Shown: one piece after another, positions 10,593 to 19,588 of the stretch | How positions within the stretch are numbered: position 1 is the stretch's first letter | Layout: each line of letters begins with the position of its first letter | Origin: Oscillospiraceae bacterium | Lineage (GTDB): Bacteria > Bacillota > Clostridia > Oscillospirales > Oscillospiraceae | Reading direction: 5' to 3' | DNA length: 64,000 nt | Assembly (NCBI GenBank): GCA_009780175.1 | Contig: WRAO01000010.1 | Location: 18,585 to 82,584 of the forward strand | Notes under the pieces: model-generated | Told to the model about the DNA's origin: nothing | Seen by the model: only the letters and a program-made list of their open reading frames with translations | Databases searched by the model: none | Translations under genes and position numbers: made by a program

Positions 10593-11552
10593 CTATTTCA
10601 TCCCATCCAGCAGCCGCCGCTTGCGTTCGATCTCCTGCTGCGTCGGGACGTTGGGTTGCGGTAGTTTTGCGGGTGGTTTTTTGCCGGGCGATCCGCCGCC
10701 TTCGGCGGCCTCCACAGCGTCGAGCGTATGTAGCCCCTTCCTGTGCCAGTCACAGAGAATCGCGTCCAAATAAGGCCACTTCAAGGACCCGGTGGAGACA
10801 ACCGTCTTGTCATAAGCTTTGGCGATGACCTCCGGGGCAAGCCCCATATCCAGCCAACGATAAAGGTATTTCTCCTGCGTAGGGGTGAGCTTGTCCTGTT
10901 TGAGATCGAGGACTTTTTTCAGCCGTCCAATCTCACTCTGCGCCCGCTCCCGTCCCGCGATGTGCGTCATGGCTCTGTCGAGGGTCGTAATGTCGTCCCT
11001 CGCCCAACAATAGGCGATTTTCTCTATGCCGCGCAAAGTCGGACTCTTCCCCTCACCATACCGCGCGCGGTGTTCTTTCGTCAAGTGACAAACCAACTGA
11101 TATGTCACCTCAGGCGGAAGCCCCAGGTGCCGATAAATCCCCATAAGCGTGTTCAAATCCGGCCCCGTGAGAATGCGGCCCAAGATACCCTCCACAGCCT
11201 TCGCCAGCGCGGCGAAAGACGCGTCCGCAGTCATCTCCCGTTGAATATCCGCCGCCGGATATTGCGGCAGTTCTTCCCGCTCCGGCATCTCACGCGGCTG
11301 CTCGCCAAGGCCTTTCGCATCCTTTCCCGAAACAAGCCCCAGGCTGACCAGCACACGAACCGCCTCAAAAACCTCCTGCTCCGAAAACCGAAGCGCCTCC
11401 ATCGCGTCCTGCACATCCAGCGCGCCGTGCTGCTGAAGAATATAGAGATACGCAAGGCTTGCGTTCCCGTCAGCCCGTTTGAGGAGTTTATTGAGTGCGT
11501 GACTGGAGATAAAATGATTCTCCTGGTCCGGAAGATGAAACCGTTTTTCCAT
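10593..11552 (-). CDS. DnaD-domain replication initiation / membrane attachment protein (DnaB_2 family)
   Basis: ORF 10593..11660. The preferred start is ATG 11552 (AAGGAG 5 nt upstream). The C-terminal LTPTQEKYLYRWLDMGLAPEVIAKAYDKTV....WPYLDAIL.DWHRKG is a typical DnaD domain. Confidence 0.85.
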   Translation of the reverse strand: MEKRFHLPDQENHFISSHALNKLLKRADGNASLAYLYILQQHGALDVQDAMEALRFSEQEVFEAVRVLVSLGLVSGKDAKGLGEQPREMPEREELPQYPAADIQREMTADASFAALAKAVEGILGRILTGPDLNTLMGIYRHLGLPPEVTYQLVCHLTKEHRARYGEGKSPTLRGIEKIAYCWARDDITTLDRAMTHIAGRERAQSEIGRLKKVLDLKQDKLTPTQEKYLYRWLDMGLAPEVIAKAYDKTVVSTGSLKWPYLDAILCDWHRKGLHTLDAVEAAEGGGSPGKKPPAKLPQPNVPTQQEIERKRRLLDGMK

Positions 11553-11739
11553 GAGGGCTCCTTGGTGCGGGATGGTGATTTGGTGAATAGGCTCCTTTTC
11601 CAAAGGAGGCTTTGCTTTGTACCGGACCCCCATTATACAAAAAATCGCCACAGTTCGCAATCTATATTAAATAGATATTTTCATCTTCGCTCAAATGTGA
11701 TATACTTTAAGGATACCACAACATTGAGGGTGTACAACT

Positions 11740-13830
11740 ATGCTAGAATTACTGGCCCCAGCCGGCTCTCCCGATGCCATGGTCGCCGCCGTCCAAAACG
11801 GGGCGGACGCCGTGTATCTCGGCCTAGACGCGTTCAACGCGCGGCGGGGCGCGAAAAACTTTACAGAGGAATCCTTCGCCGGTGCGGCGGCCTATTGCCG
11901 CGTCCGCGGCTGCAAGGTGTATGTGACACTCAACGTCCTCGCCACAGACCGGGACCTGGTCCTCACCGAACGCCTCGCGAAATCCGCAAGCCGCATGGGG
12001 GCGGACGCCTTGATCGTCCAAGACCTCGGCGTGATGCGCATGCTCCGCCAGGCCCTGCCGGAGATGGAACTCCACGCCAGCACGCAGATGAGCGTCCACA
12101 ACCTAGACGGCGTCCGCCGTGCGGCGGAGGCGGGCGCTTCGCGCGTCATTTTGGCGCGGGAGCTTTCCATCGCCCACATCGCCTATATCGCGAAACATTC
12201 CCCCATCGAACTGGAAGTCTTCGTCCACGGGGCGCTCTGTGTGGCCTATTCGGGGCAATGCTATATGAGCGCCTGCATCGGCGGACGGAGCGGGAACCGC
12301 GGCATGTGCGCCCAACCCTGCCGCCTCGAATACAACCTAGACGGCGTCCCCGGCGCGCATCTCAGCCTCAAAGACAATTGCCTGATCGAACACCTCGGCG
12401 CCCTAGAAGCCGCCGGAGTCAAAAGCCTCAAACTCGAAGGCCGGATGAAACGCCCGGAATACACGGCAATCGTCACAAAAATCTACTCCGACGTCCTCCG
12501 CGAAAAGCGGCAGCCCACCGCGAGCGAACTAGACCGCCTGGAAGCCGCCTTCAGCCGCCAAGGCTTCACAGACGCCTACCTCCGCGGCAAAAAAGGCCCA
12601 GACATGTTCGGCGTCCGCACCGAAGAATCCAAACGGCAAGACAAGCTCTTCGCCGAAGCCCGGCGAACCTATATCGACACAGAACTCCCAAGGGTCCCTG
12701 TGAAATTTTACGCCCTGGTCAAACGCGGCGAACCCGTGCAATTTGCAGTCTCAGACGCAGACGGCCGCGTCGCCCGGATCGAAGGCCCCGCCCCCGAATA
12801 TGCCCAAACACGAGAAATCGAGCGCGTCTCCATCGAGGCCCAACTCATGAAAACCGGCGGCACTCCCTACTATTGCCGAGACGTCGAAGTCGTGCTGGAC
12901 CCGGGCCTCTATCTCTCCGTAAAAGAACTCAACGAAGCGCGGCGAACCCTATTGGAAAACCTCACAGCCCTCAGAGCCAAAGCCCCAACACACACAGAGG
13001 GCCTCTTCCGCGCCGGAGACTCGGCGCCCGAGCGGGACCTCCCGCCCCAACTCAACGTATCCCTCCTCCGCGCCAACCAACTCACAGAAGAGTTCGCCGC
13101 GCTTAATCCAGCGTTGATCTACATGCCGATCGACGAGATTTTAGACCACGAAAAGGAACTCCGGCCCTATCTGGAACGTCTACCACTTGTACCCATCCTC
13201 CCTCGCGTCATCCTAGACAACGAGAAGGACAGGCTGAAAGAACAACTCGCAAAAGTCCAAACGCTCGGGATCACCCAGTGCCTCGTGGGAAATATGGGCC
13301 ACATCGAGCTAGCCCGCCGCGCGGGCCTTCTCGTACGGGGCGATTTCGGCTTCAACGTCTTCAACGGCCAAACACTCAAAACCCTCGGCGAAATGGGCCT
13401 AGCCTCCGCCGCCGCCTCCTTCGAACTAAACCTCGCGCAAATCCGAGATATGGACAAGGAGATCGACCTCGAACTCATCGCCTACGGCAGACTGCCGCTC
13501 ATGGTAACAGAAACCTGCATCCTGCAAAACGCGAAGGGCTGCCGCAAGTGCGAAACCAACCATGCACCGGCGCTGCTCGCAGACCGCAAGGGAATCACCT
13601 TCCCCGTCGTAAAAGAACCCGGCTGCCGGAATGTAATCTACAACAGCCGCAAACTGTTCCTAGCCGACCGGGCGGAAGACTATATGGACATCGGCCTCTG
13701 GGGCGTACGCCTCTGCTTCACCACAGAAAACCCCAGAGAATGCCGCGAAGTATTAGAACGCTACCTCTGCCTCGGCACCAGCGAACCCGGTGAGTTTACC
13801 CGTGGCCTCTATTACCGGGGCGTAGAGTAG
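11740..13830 (+). CDS. Peptidase U32 family protein (long form)
   Basis: 696 aa. The N-terminus MLELLAPAGSPDAMVAAVQNGADAVYLG...FNAR, E..VHGALCVAYSGQC and RSGNRG.CAQPCR are U32 signatures. Confidence 0.9.
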   Translation: MLELLAPAGSPDAMVAAVQNGADAVYLGLDAFNARRGAKNFTEESFAGAAAYCRVRGCKVYVTLNVLATDRDLVLTERLAKSASRMGADALIVQDLGVMRMLRQALPEMELHASTQMSVHNLDGVRRAAEAGASRVILARELSIAHIAYIAKHSPIELEVFVHGALCVAYSGQCYMSACIGGRSGNRGMCAQPCRLEYNLDGVPGAHLSLKDNCLIEHLGALEAAGVKSLKLEGRMKRPEYTAIVTKIYSDVLREKRQPTASELDRLEAAFSRQGFTDAYLRGKKGPDMFGVRTEESKRQDKLFAEARRTYIDTELPRVPVKFYALVKRGEPVQFAVSDADGRVARIEGPAPEYAQTREIERVSIEAQLMKTGGTPYYCRDVEVVLDPGLYLSVKELNEARRTLLENLTALRAKAPTHTEGLFRAGDSAPERDLPPQLNVSLLRANQLTEEFAALNPALIYMPIDEILDHEKELRPYLERLPLVPILPRVILDNEKDRLKEQLAKVQTLGITQCLVGNMGHIELARRAGLLVRGDFGFNVFNGQTLKTLGEMGLASAAASFELNLAQIRDMDKEIDLELIAYGRLPLMVTETCILQNAKGCRKCETNHAPALLADRKGITFPVVKEPGCRNVIYNSRKLFLADRAEDYMDIGLWGVRLCFTTENPRECREVLERYLCLGTSEPGEFTRGLYYRGVE

Positions 13831-13889
13831 GGCGCAGCCAAAGCCTCCTTTCCAAAAGGATCCTAGATGACACAACAGAGGTACCCCAC

Positions 13890-14465
13890 ATGCCAAACCT
13901 AATCCTAGCCTCCAACTCCCCCCGCCGCAAAATGCTCCTAGAGCAAGCGGGGCTCACCAACTTCACCGTCCGCCCCGCCCAAGGCCCGGAGCCTCTCGCG
14001 GCGGACCTGCCCCCAGACGAGGCCGTAATCCAAATTGCCCTCGCCAAAGGCCAAGAAGTAGCGGCAACCGTCGCCCGCGGCGACCTCGTCCTCTCCGCGG
14101 ACACCGAAGTATACTTCGACGGCGCGCTCCTAGGCAAGCCAGAAACCGAGGCGGACGCCATCGCCATGCTCTCCCGCCTCTCCGGCGCAAAACACACGGT
14201 ATACACCGGCGTGGCCCTATTCTTAGACGGAAAAATCCACACAGGCGTAGAGGCGACAGACGTATTCTTCCGCCCCCTCTCCCGTGAAGAGATAGAAACC
14301 TACGTAAAAACCGGCGAACCGATGGACAAAGCCGGAGCCTACGGCCTGCAAGGCCTCGCGTCGAAATTCATACGGCGAATCGAAGGCGACGTATACAACG
14401 TAATCGGACTGCCGCTCTGCCGGGTGGCGGAATTAGCCAAGGAAATGGGAGTACAGCTGTTTTGA
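13890..14465 (+). CDS. maf: Maf-like nucleoside-triphosphate pyrophosphatase
   Basis: 191 aa. LILASNSPRRKMLLEQAG, SADTEVYFDG...GKP and DKAGAYG.QG motifs. Confidence 0.9.
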   Translation: MPNLILASNSPRRKMLLEQAGLTNFTVRPAQGPEPLAADLPPDEAVIQIALAKGQEVAATVARGDLVLSADTEVYFDGALLGKPETEADAIAMLSRLSGAKHTVYTGVALFLDGKIHTGVEATDVFFRPLSREEIETYVKTGEPMDKAGAYGLQGLASKFIRRIEGDVYNVIGLPLCRVAELAKEMGVQLF

Positions 14466-15301
14466 AGAAATTTTTGCAAACACGGGGCGCTGTGATCGGC
14501 GCTGTAGCTCTTGTGATGATCCTCATCGCGCTCCTGTCGTGGTCTTTGGCTGGGGGGCGTGTGAGTTTTGTGCAAAACGCGGTCCACACCGTTGTCCGGC
14601 CAATCGAAACAGGCATCCGCAGCGCCGTCGGCACCCTGGAGCAGATCTACAACTACATGCACAATTTCGATCAACTCCAAGCGGAACACCGCGCACTCCT
14701 AGAGCGCGTGGCTGACTATGAACGGATGGCACGCGAAGCCGCGGAAATCCAAGAAGAAAACGCCCGCCTCCGAGAACTGCTCAACCTGGTAGACAACATC
14801 TACCACGAACGCATCATCGACGCCCACGTCCTCACCTGGGACGCCTCAAACTGGACCTCCGCCTTCACCATCGACCGCGGCTCAAACTTCGGCATCGAAG
14901 TAGGCGACCCCGTGATGACAGAGCGGCGAGAACTCGTCGGCGTCGTCCGCTCCGTAGGCCACAACTGGGCGACCGTCCAGACCATCATAGACCCCGGCAT
15001 CAGCATCGGCGGTCAGCTCGGAACAGGCGTCCCGGTGGTAGCCGAAGGAAACTTCGCCCTCATGCAAGACTGGATGCTGCGCCTCTCCCACATCCCCACC
15101 GGAGAAGTCCCGCTCCTCAACGACGCCATCACCACCTCCGGCCTCGGCGGCGTAATCCCAAGCGGCCTCCTCATCGGCCGCGTAGACCGGATCGGATTGG
15201 AAGACACGGGCGTCAGCTATTACGCCGTAGTCCGCCCGGCGGCGGAGCTTTCCCGGCTGGTGCAAGTGTTTATTGTACAGAATGTAGCGGAAGAGGAGTA
15301 A
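14462..15301 (+). CDS. mreC: Rod shape-determining protein MreC
   Basis: 279 aa with a TTG start overlapping the maf stop. It has an N-terminal TM, a coiled-coil (ENARLRELL) and a C-terminal beta-barrel region with TSGLGGVIPSGLLIG.V. Confidence 0.88.
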   Translation: MKKFLQTRGAVIGAVALVMILIALLSWSLAGGRVSFVQNAVHTVVRPIETGIRSAVGTLEQIYNYMHNFDQLQAEHRALLERVADYERMAREAAEIQEENARLRELLNLVDNIYHERIIDAHVLTWDASNWTSAFTIDRGSNFGIEVGDPVMTERRELVGVVRSVGHNWATVQTIIDPGISIGGQLGTGVPVVAEGNFALMQDWMLRLSHIPTGEVPLLNDAITTSGLGGVIPSGLLIGRVDRIGLEDTGVSYYAVVRPAAELSRLVQVFIVQNVAEEE

Positions 15302-15310
15302 AAGCGGCGT

Positions 15311-15823
15311 ATGCTATCAGACGCGACAAAAAACCGAATCGTCCGCATTCTCCTCCATGCGCTGGTGCTGCTGTTAATCTATGTGCTCCAGACCATGGTC
15401 TTCTCCCGCCTCCGCCTCTTCGGCATCGCCCCCTTGATCCTGCCCCTCGCCGTAGTCGGCGTAGCCCTCTTCGAAGGGCCGAGTTGGGGCAGCGGATTTG
15501 GCCTCGCGGCAGGCGTCCTCTCCGATATGGCCTTTTCCGACCATGTCGTCCTCTTCACCATCCTCCTCACCTGCCTCGGAATGGGAATCGGCCTGCTTTC
15601 AGACTATCTGCTCAGCCGTGGATTCCCGTCCTTTTTCCTCTGCGGCGCCGCAACCCTCATACTCATCGCGATGGCGCAGATGTTCGGGTTCTTCATCTTC
15701 CTCCGCCAAAGCCCCTTCGCCCTCCTCGGCGCCGCAGGGATGCAGACCCTCTACTCGCTGTTGTTCACAGTCCCCATGTATTACCTGGCCCGCTCCCTGG
15801 GCCGCCGCCAAACAAAGATATAG
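15311..15823 (+). CDS. mreD: Rod shape-determining protein MreD
   Basis: 170-aa polytopic membrane protein directly after mreC. The call rests on position and hydrophobic profile. Confidence 0.75.
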   Translation: MLSDATKNRIVRILLHALVLLLIYVLQTMVFSRLRLFGIAPLILPLAVVGVALFEGPSWGSGFGLAAGVLSDMAFSDHVVLFTILLTCLGMGIGLLSDYLLSRGFPSFFLCGAATLILIAMAQMFGFFIFLRQSPFALLGAAGMQTLYSLLFTVPMYYLARSLGRRQTKI

Positions 15824-15927
15824 GGCATGGCGACCTCGCCGCGCCAACCATACAGCCACCGTGTAAGGGCGGCCATTGCGCGTCCCTGCAACCACAACGC
15901 ACAACCTTCCCCTGAAAGGAGCGCCCC

Positions 15928-18123
15928 ATGAAACAGCAAAGACTTAGTCCCGCCCGCCTCGGTGTCGTCATCGGCTTCCTGATCGTGGTATGTATCATCT
16001 ACCTCGTCGCCCTATTCGATATGCAAGTGGTCCACGGAGCGACCTGGGCAAACTACGCCGAAAACCACCGCCTCGTCGCCCGAAATGTAGAAGCCTCCCG
16101 CGGGCGTATCATGGACCGGCACGAAGCGGACCTCGTCTCCAACCGCGCCGTAAACAACATCGTCCTCGACTGGGTCGTACTCGCCAATAGCCCGGCAAAT
16201 ACGAACGACACCCTGCTCGAAATGGTGCGTCTGGCCGAATCCATGGGCTACGTCCACACAGACACCCTCGCCATCACCCACTCGCCGCTGCAATATACCG
16301 CCATGAGCCCCGCGCAAGAATGGCACCTCAACCGCTTCATGCTCCACTACGACCGCAGTCTGCGGAATATGATCCGCACCATGCAAGCCGAAGACCTCCT
16401 GGCGGACAACAACGACACAGAGGCTCCCCCCTCCGTACCGGATGAACTCAACGTAGACACCGTCTCCGCCGTCCAACTCATGGCCTTCCTGCGCCAACAA
16501 TACCGCATCGACCCCGAATATACAGCCGCGGAAACCCGCATCATCGCCGGCATCCGCTACGAAATCGACCTCCGAACCATCATCGGTATGGACGAATATA
16601 TCTTCATCGAAGACGCCAGCGTGCGGCTCATCAGCGCCTTTTTGGAGCGGAATTTCCCGGGTGTGACGGTACAGCCCAGCTCCGTCCGCCGCTATAACAC
16701 CACCGTCGCCGCCCACGTCCTCGGACGCGTAGGCCCGATCACAGCCGAAAACCTGCACCTCTTCGAAGACTACCCGCTCGACGCCCAAGTCGGTCAAGAC
16801 GGCCTCGAACGCGACTTCCAACCCTGGCTTCGCGGCACCAACGGCCGCGTCGTCCAAACCGTCACAGCGGACGGCGTCGTCATCGGCGAACATTTCACCA
16901 GAGACGCACAACCCGGCGGAAACGTAGTCACCACCATAGACAGCGGCCTCCAAGCCGTAGCCGAAGCGGCGCTCCGCTCCACCATCCGGCAGATCAACGC
17001 CGAACGCGGACCGCAAGAGATCCACCAAGCCACCGGCGGCGCCGTCGTAGCAATCGACCCGCGCAACGGCGAAGTCTTGGCCATCGCCTCCGTCCCCACC
17101 TTCTCTCTAGAGGGCTTCTCCGACAACTTCGCGGCTCTGTTAGACGAAACAGGCAACCCCCTGTTCAACCGCGCCACCATGGGCGCTTATGAGCCAGGCT
17201 CGACGTTTAAGATGGTCACCGCCCTCGCGGGGCTCTACTACGGATCCATCACCGAGCACACGACGATTCCCTGCGACGGCGCGTTCTGGGAATTTGCCGA
17301 ACATGACTATATCCCCCGATGCATGGGCATTCATGGTAATATTGACCTGCGCGGCGCCATCGCGCACTCCTGCAACGTCTACTTCTTCCAAGTGGCCTAC
17401 TGGGTCGGCATGGAGCGGATGGCAGACTTCGCCGAACGCTTCGGCCTCGGCGACCTCACCGGTATCGGCTTTGGTGAAGTACCCGGTCAACGCTCTACTT
17501 GGGATACGATGATTGCGCTCAACCGCGACCTCCGGCCCGACGATCCGTTTTATCACAACAACGTCTTTGACGGCCAGATCATCCAGATCGGCATTGGGCA
17601 GGGGGTAAGCATGTTCACCCCCCTCCAACTCGCCAACTACACCGCAATGATCGCCTCCGGCGGCGTACGCTTCCAACCGACCCTGCTCCGCGAAGTCCGC
17701 AGCTACGACGGCCGCCATGTACTCTACGTCAATGAGCCGGTCGTCATGTACGACATCCGCGACCACCTCACCCCGGAGCAAGTCGAACTGGTAGACGCCT
17801 GGTTCCTCTCCCTCCAAGAGGGCATGCGCCTAACCTCCACCCACGGCACGGCAGCATCACAACTGGCCAACTTCCGCCACCCCGTCGCCTCAAAGACAGG
17901 TACCGTCGAAGTCAGAGCCGACGACGAAGACGGCCCCTACTCCCACGGCGTATTCATCGCCTACGCCCCCTTCGACGACCCGCAGATCGCCATCGCCGTC
18001 GTCATCGAACACGGCGGCCGCGGCGGCGCAGGCATCCCCATCGCAACCGCAATGTTCGACCACTTCTTTAGGGACCAAGTAGTAGATCAACGTCTGCCAG
18101 TAGAAAACGTGCTGCTGCGCTAG
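15928..18123 (+). CDS. mrdA: Penicillin-binding protein 2 (elongation-specific transpeptidase)
   Basis: 731 aa. N-terminal TM, SxxK (GSTFK), SxN (SCN) and KTG(T) motifs, located after mreCD. Confidence 0.88.
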   Translation: MKQQRLSPARLGVVIGFLIVVCIIYLVALFDMQVVHGATWANYAENHRLVARNVEASRGRIMDRHEADLVSNRAVNNIVLDWVVLANSPANTNDTLLEMVRLAESMGYVHTDTLAITHSPLQYTAMSPAQEWHLNRFMLHYDRSLRNMIRTMQAEDLLADNNDTEAPPSVPDELNVDTVSAVQLMAFLRQQYRIDPEYTAAETRIIAGIRYEIDLRTIIGMDEYIFIEDASVRLISAFLERNFPGVTVQPSSVRRYNTTVAAHVLGRVGPITAENLHLFEDYPLDAQVGQDGLERDFQPWLRGTNGRVVQTVTADGVVIGEHFTRDAQPGGNVVTTIDSGLQAVAEAALRSTIRQINAERGPQEIHQATGGAVVAIDPRNGEVLAIASVPTFSLEGFSDNFAALLDETGNPLFNRATMGAYEPGSTFKMVTALAGLYYGSITEHTTIPCDGAFWEFAEHDYIPRCMGIHGNIDLRGAIAHSCNVYFFQVAYWVGMERMADFAERFGLGDLTGIGFGEVPGQRSTWDTMIALNRDLRPDDPFYHNNVFDGQIIQIGIGQGVSMFTPLQLANYTAMIASGGVRFQPTLLREVRSYDGRHVLYVNEPVVMYDIRDHLTPEQVELVDAWFLSLQEGMRLTSTHGTAASQLANFRHPVASKTGTVEVRADDEDGPYSHGVFIAYAPFDDPQIAIAVVIEHGGRGGAGIPIATAMFDHFFRDQVVDQRLPVENVLLR

Positions 18124-18197
18124 GCAGCAGAACCTCCTCCGTCATTGCGGGCTCGACCCGCAATCTCATACCACTCCAGCATCCTTAGATTATAGAC

Positions 18198-18227
18198 TTG
18201 AAATCTAACCCCAACTTCGTGTATACT
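18198..18227 (+). promoter_or_regulatory. Putative sigma-A promoter of the minD-like gene
   Basis: TTGAAA, an 18-nt spacer, then TATACT, about 24 nt upstream of the ATG 18251 region. Confidence 0.4.
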
Positions 18228-18250
18228 AAACGGATAAGAGAGGTGAGGAT

Positions 18251-18988
18251 ATGGGCGTCAGCATTGTGTTTACCTCCGGCAAAGGCGGTACCGGGAAAAG
18301 TACTGCCGTTTCCGCCATTGCCTCCTGCCTGTCCGCGCTGGGCCAGCGCGTCCTCTGCATCGACCTCGACCTGCGCCTGCCCAACCTCGACCTCCTGCTC
18401 GGCATGTCAGACCTCACCACGCTAGACATCTCCGATGTCGCGGCGGGACGCCACACCTTAGAAGAAGCCATCGTCGAGCACCCAACTTTAACAGGCCTCT
18501 ATCTCCTGGCAGGCCCCGCGCTCTGTTCAGAAGACCTCAACGGAGACAGCCTAGCCGCCATCGTCGCCGAAGCCAAAACCAAGTTCGACCTTTGCCTCCT
18601 CGACGGCCCCGCAGGCCTCGATGACCTCTTCTACCTCACCGCCAAAGACGCGGACGCCGTAGTAGTAGTCGCCACCGCGGACGCCTCCAGCCAACGAGAC
18701 GCCCAGCGAGTCGTCATGGAGCTCGACGAAATGGGCTTCGAGCAAATCTCCCTCCTCCTCAACCGCGTGCGGGTCCACATGCTGCGGCAGTCCGCCCTCA
18801 ACGTAGACGATATTATCGACTTCGTCGGCGCCCCCCTCCTCGGCATTGTACCCGAGGATCAAGACGTAATCGGCGCGGCGTCTCGGCTCCGGCCGCTGGT
18901 GCTCCACTCCCGGCGCTGGGCCGCACAGGCGTTTCTAAAGATCGCCAAGCGGATGATGGGGCAAGAGATTCCCCTCGAACATAAATAG
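18251..18988 (+). CDS. minD: MinD-like ParA/MinD family P-loop ATPase
   Basis: 245 aa. It has the deviant Walker A SGKGGTGKST and a MinD-like C-terminal ...IAKRMMGQEIPL. No minC or minE is adjacent, and no obvious amphipathic membrane-targeting tail is present. Confidence 0.7.
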   Translation: MGVSIVFTSGKGGTGKSTAVSAIASCLSALGQRVLCIDLDLRLPNLDLLLGMSDLTTLDISDVAAGRHTLEEAIVEHPTLTGLYLLAGPALCSEDLNGDSLAAIVAEAKTKFDLCLLDGPAGLDDLFYLTAKDADAVVVVATADASSQRDAQRVVMELDEMGFEQISLLLNRVRVHMLRQSALNVDDIIDFVGAPLLGIVPEDQDVIGAASRLRPLVLHSRRWAAQAFLKIAKRMMGQEIPLEHK

Positions 18989-19063
18989 CAAAACTGATTT
19001 TTACCTCTGCCCTACCCCAAACAGGACAGAGCCGGCTCAATCAAACGAAAGGTGGTCGCCGAG

Positions 19064-19465
19064 ATGAATATAGCCCTCTTAGCACACGACAGAAAGAAAG
19101 AACTGATGGTCCAGTTTTGCATCGCCTACTGCGGGATCATGGCCAGCCATACCATTTCAGCGACAAATACCACCGGGCGTCTGGTCGCCGAGGCCACAGG
19201 CCTCCCCGTGACGCTTTACCTCTCCTGCTCGCAGGGCGGAAACCAGCAGATCGGCGCGCGTATCGCCTACAACGAAATCGACCTCGTCCTCTTCTTCTGC
19301 GACCCAACCGCGGCAGACCAGCTAAAACAAGTAGACGACATCGCAAGACTGTGCGATCAATATAACGTCCCCTTCGCCTCCAACGTCGCCACCGCCGAAG
19401 TCCTAATCCAAGGCCTAAAACGCGGCGACCTAGACTGGCGCGATATTGTCAACCCGAAGAAATAG
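19064..19465 (+). CDS. mgsA: Methylglyoxal synthase
   Basis: Start ATG 19064 (AAAGGTGG upstream). MNIALLAHDRKK..., ATNTTG and a DP... loop are typical of MgsA. Confidence 0.88.
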   Translation: MNIALLAHDRKKELMVQFCIAYCGIMASHTISATNTTGRLVAEATGLPVTLYLSCSQGGNQQIGARIAYNEIDLVLFFCDPTAADQLKQVDDIARLCDQYNVPFASNVATAEVLIQGLKRGDLDWRDIVNPKK

Positions 19466-19489
19466 GGCAGCGTACGGCGACATGGGTGC

Positions 19490-19551
19490 GGGCGAACACA
19501 GTTCGCCCCTACAAGAGGACTGGTTTTCGTAGGGGCGAACTGTGTTCGCCC
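19490..19551. repeat. GC-rich palindromic (REP-like) element, likely also the mgsA terminator
   Basis: GGGCGAACACAGTTCGCCCCTAC, a 16-nt loop, then GTAGGGGCGAACTGTGTTCGCCC gives a perfect 23-bp stem. Each arm is itself palindromic (GGCGAAC...GTTCGCC). Confidence 0.8.
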
Positions 19552-19588
19552 GTTTGTTGCATTTTGCAGATCACAGGGGGTATCTTCG

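Noticed and set aside
9558-10664. 368-aa + strand ORF, plus similar antisense ORFs at 16012..17028, 17140..17817, 4743..5615, 21800..22384, 45256..46128, 37332..38054 and 60468..61010.
   Set aside because: Each is nested antisense or out of frame inside a gene with strong family motifs. I regard them as non-coding shadows.
10743-13106. 787-aa ORF on the + strand, the third-longest ORF in the track.
   Set aside because: It is extremely Arg/Pro-rich low-complexity sequence. It runs antisense through the DnaD-domain gene and out of frame through the well-supported U32 peptidase gene. This is the typical spurious open frame of GC-rich DNA.
19466-19588. Possible T-box leader upstream of hisS (and upstream of aspS at 20945-20998).
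   Set aside because: I found no T-box consensus (AGGGTGGNACCGCG-like), specifier-loop architecture or antiterminator. The region is fully explained by the REP-like palindrome, and the hisS-aspS spacer is only 54 nt.
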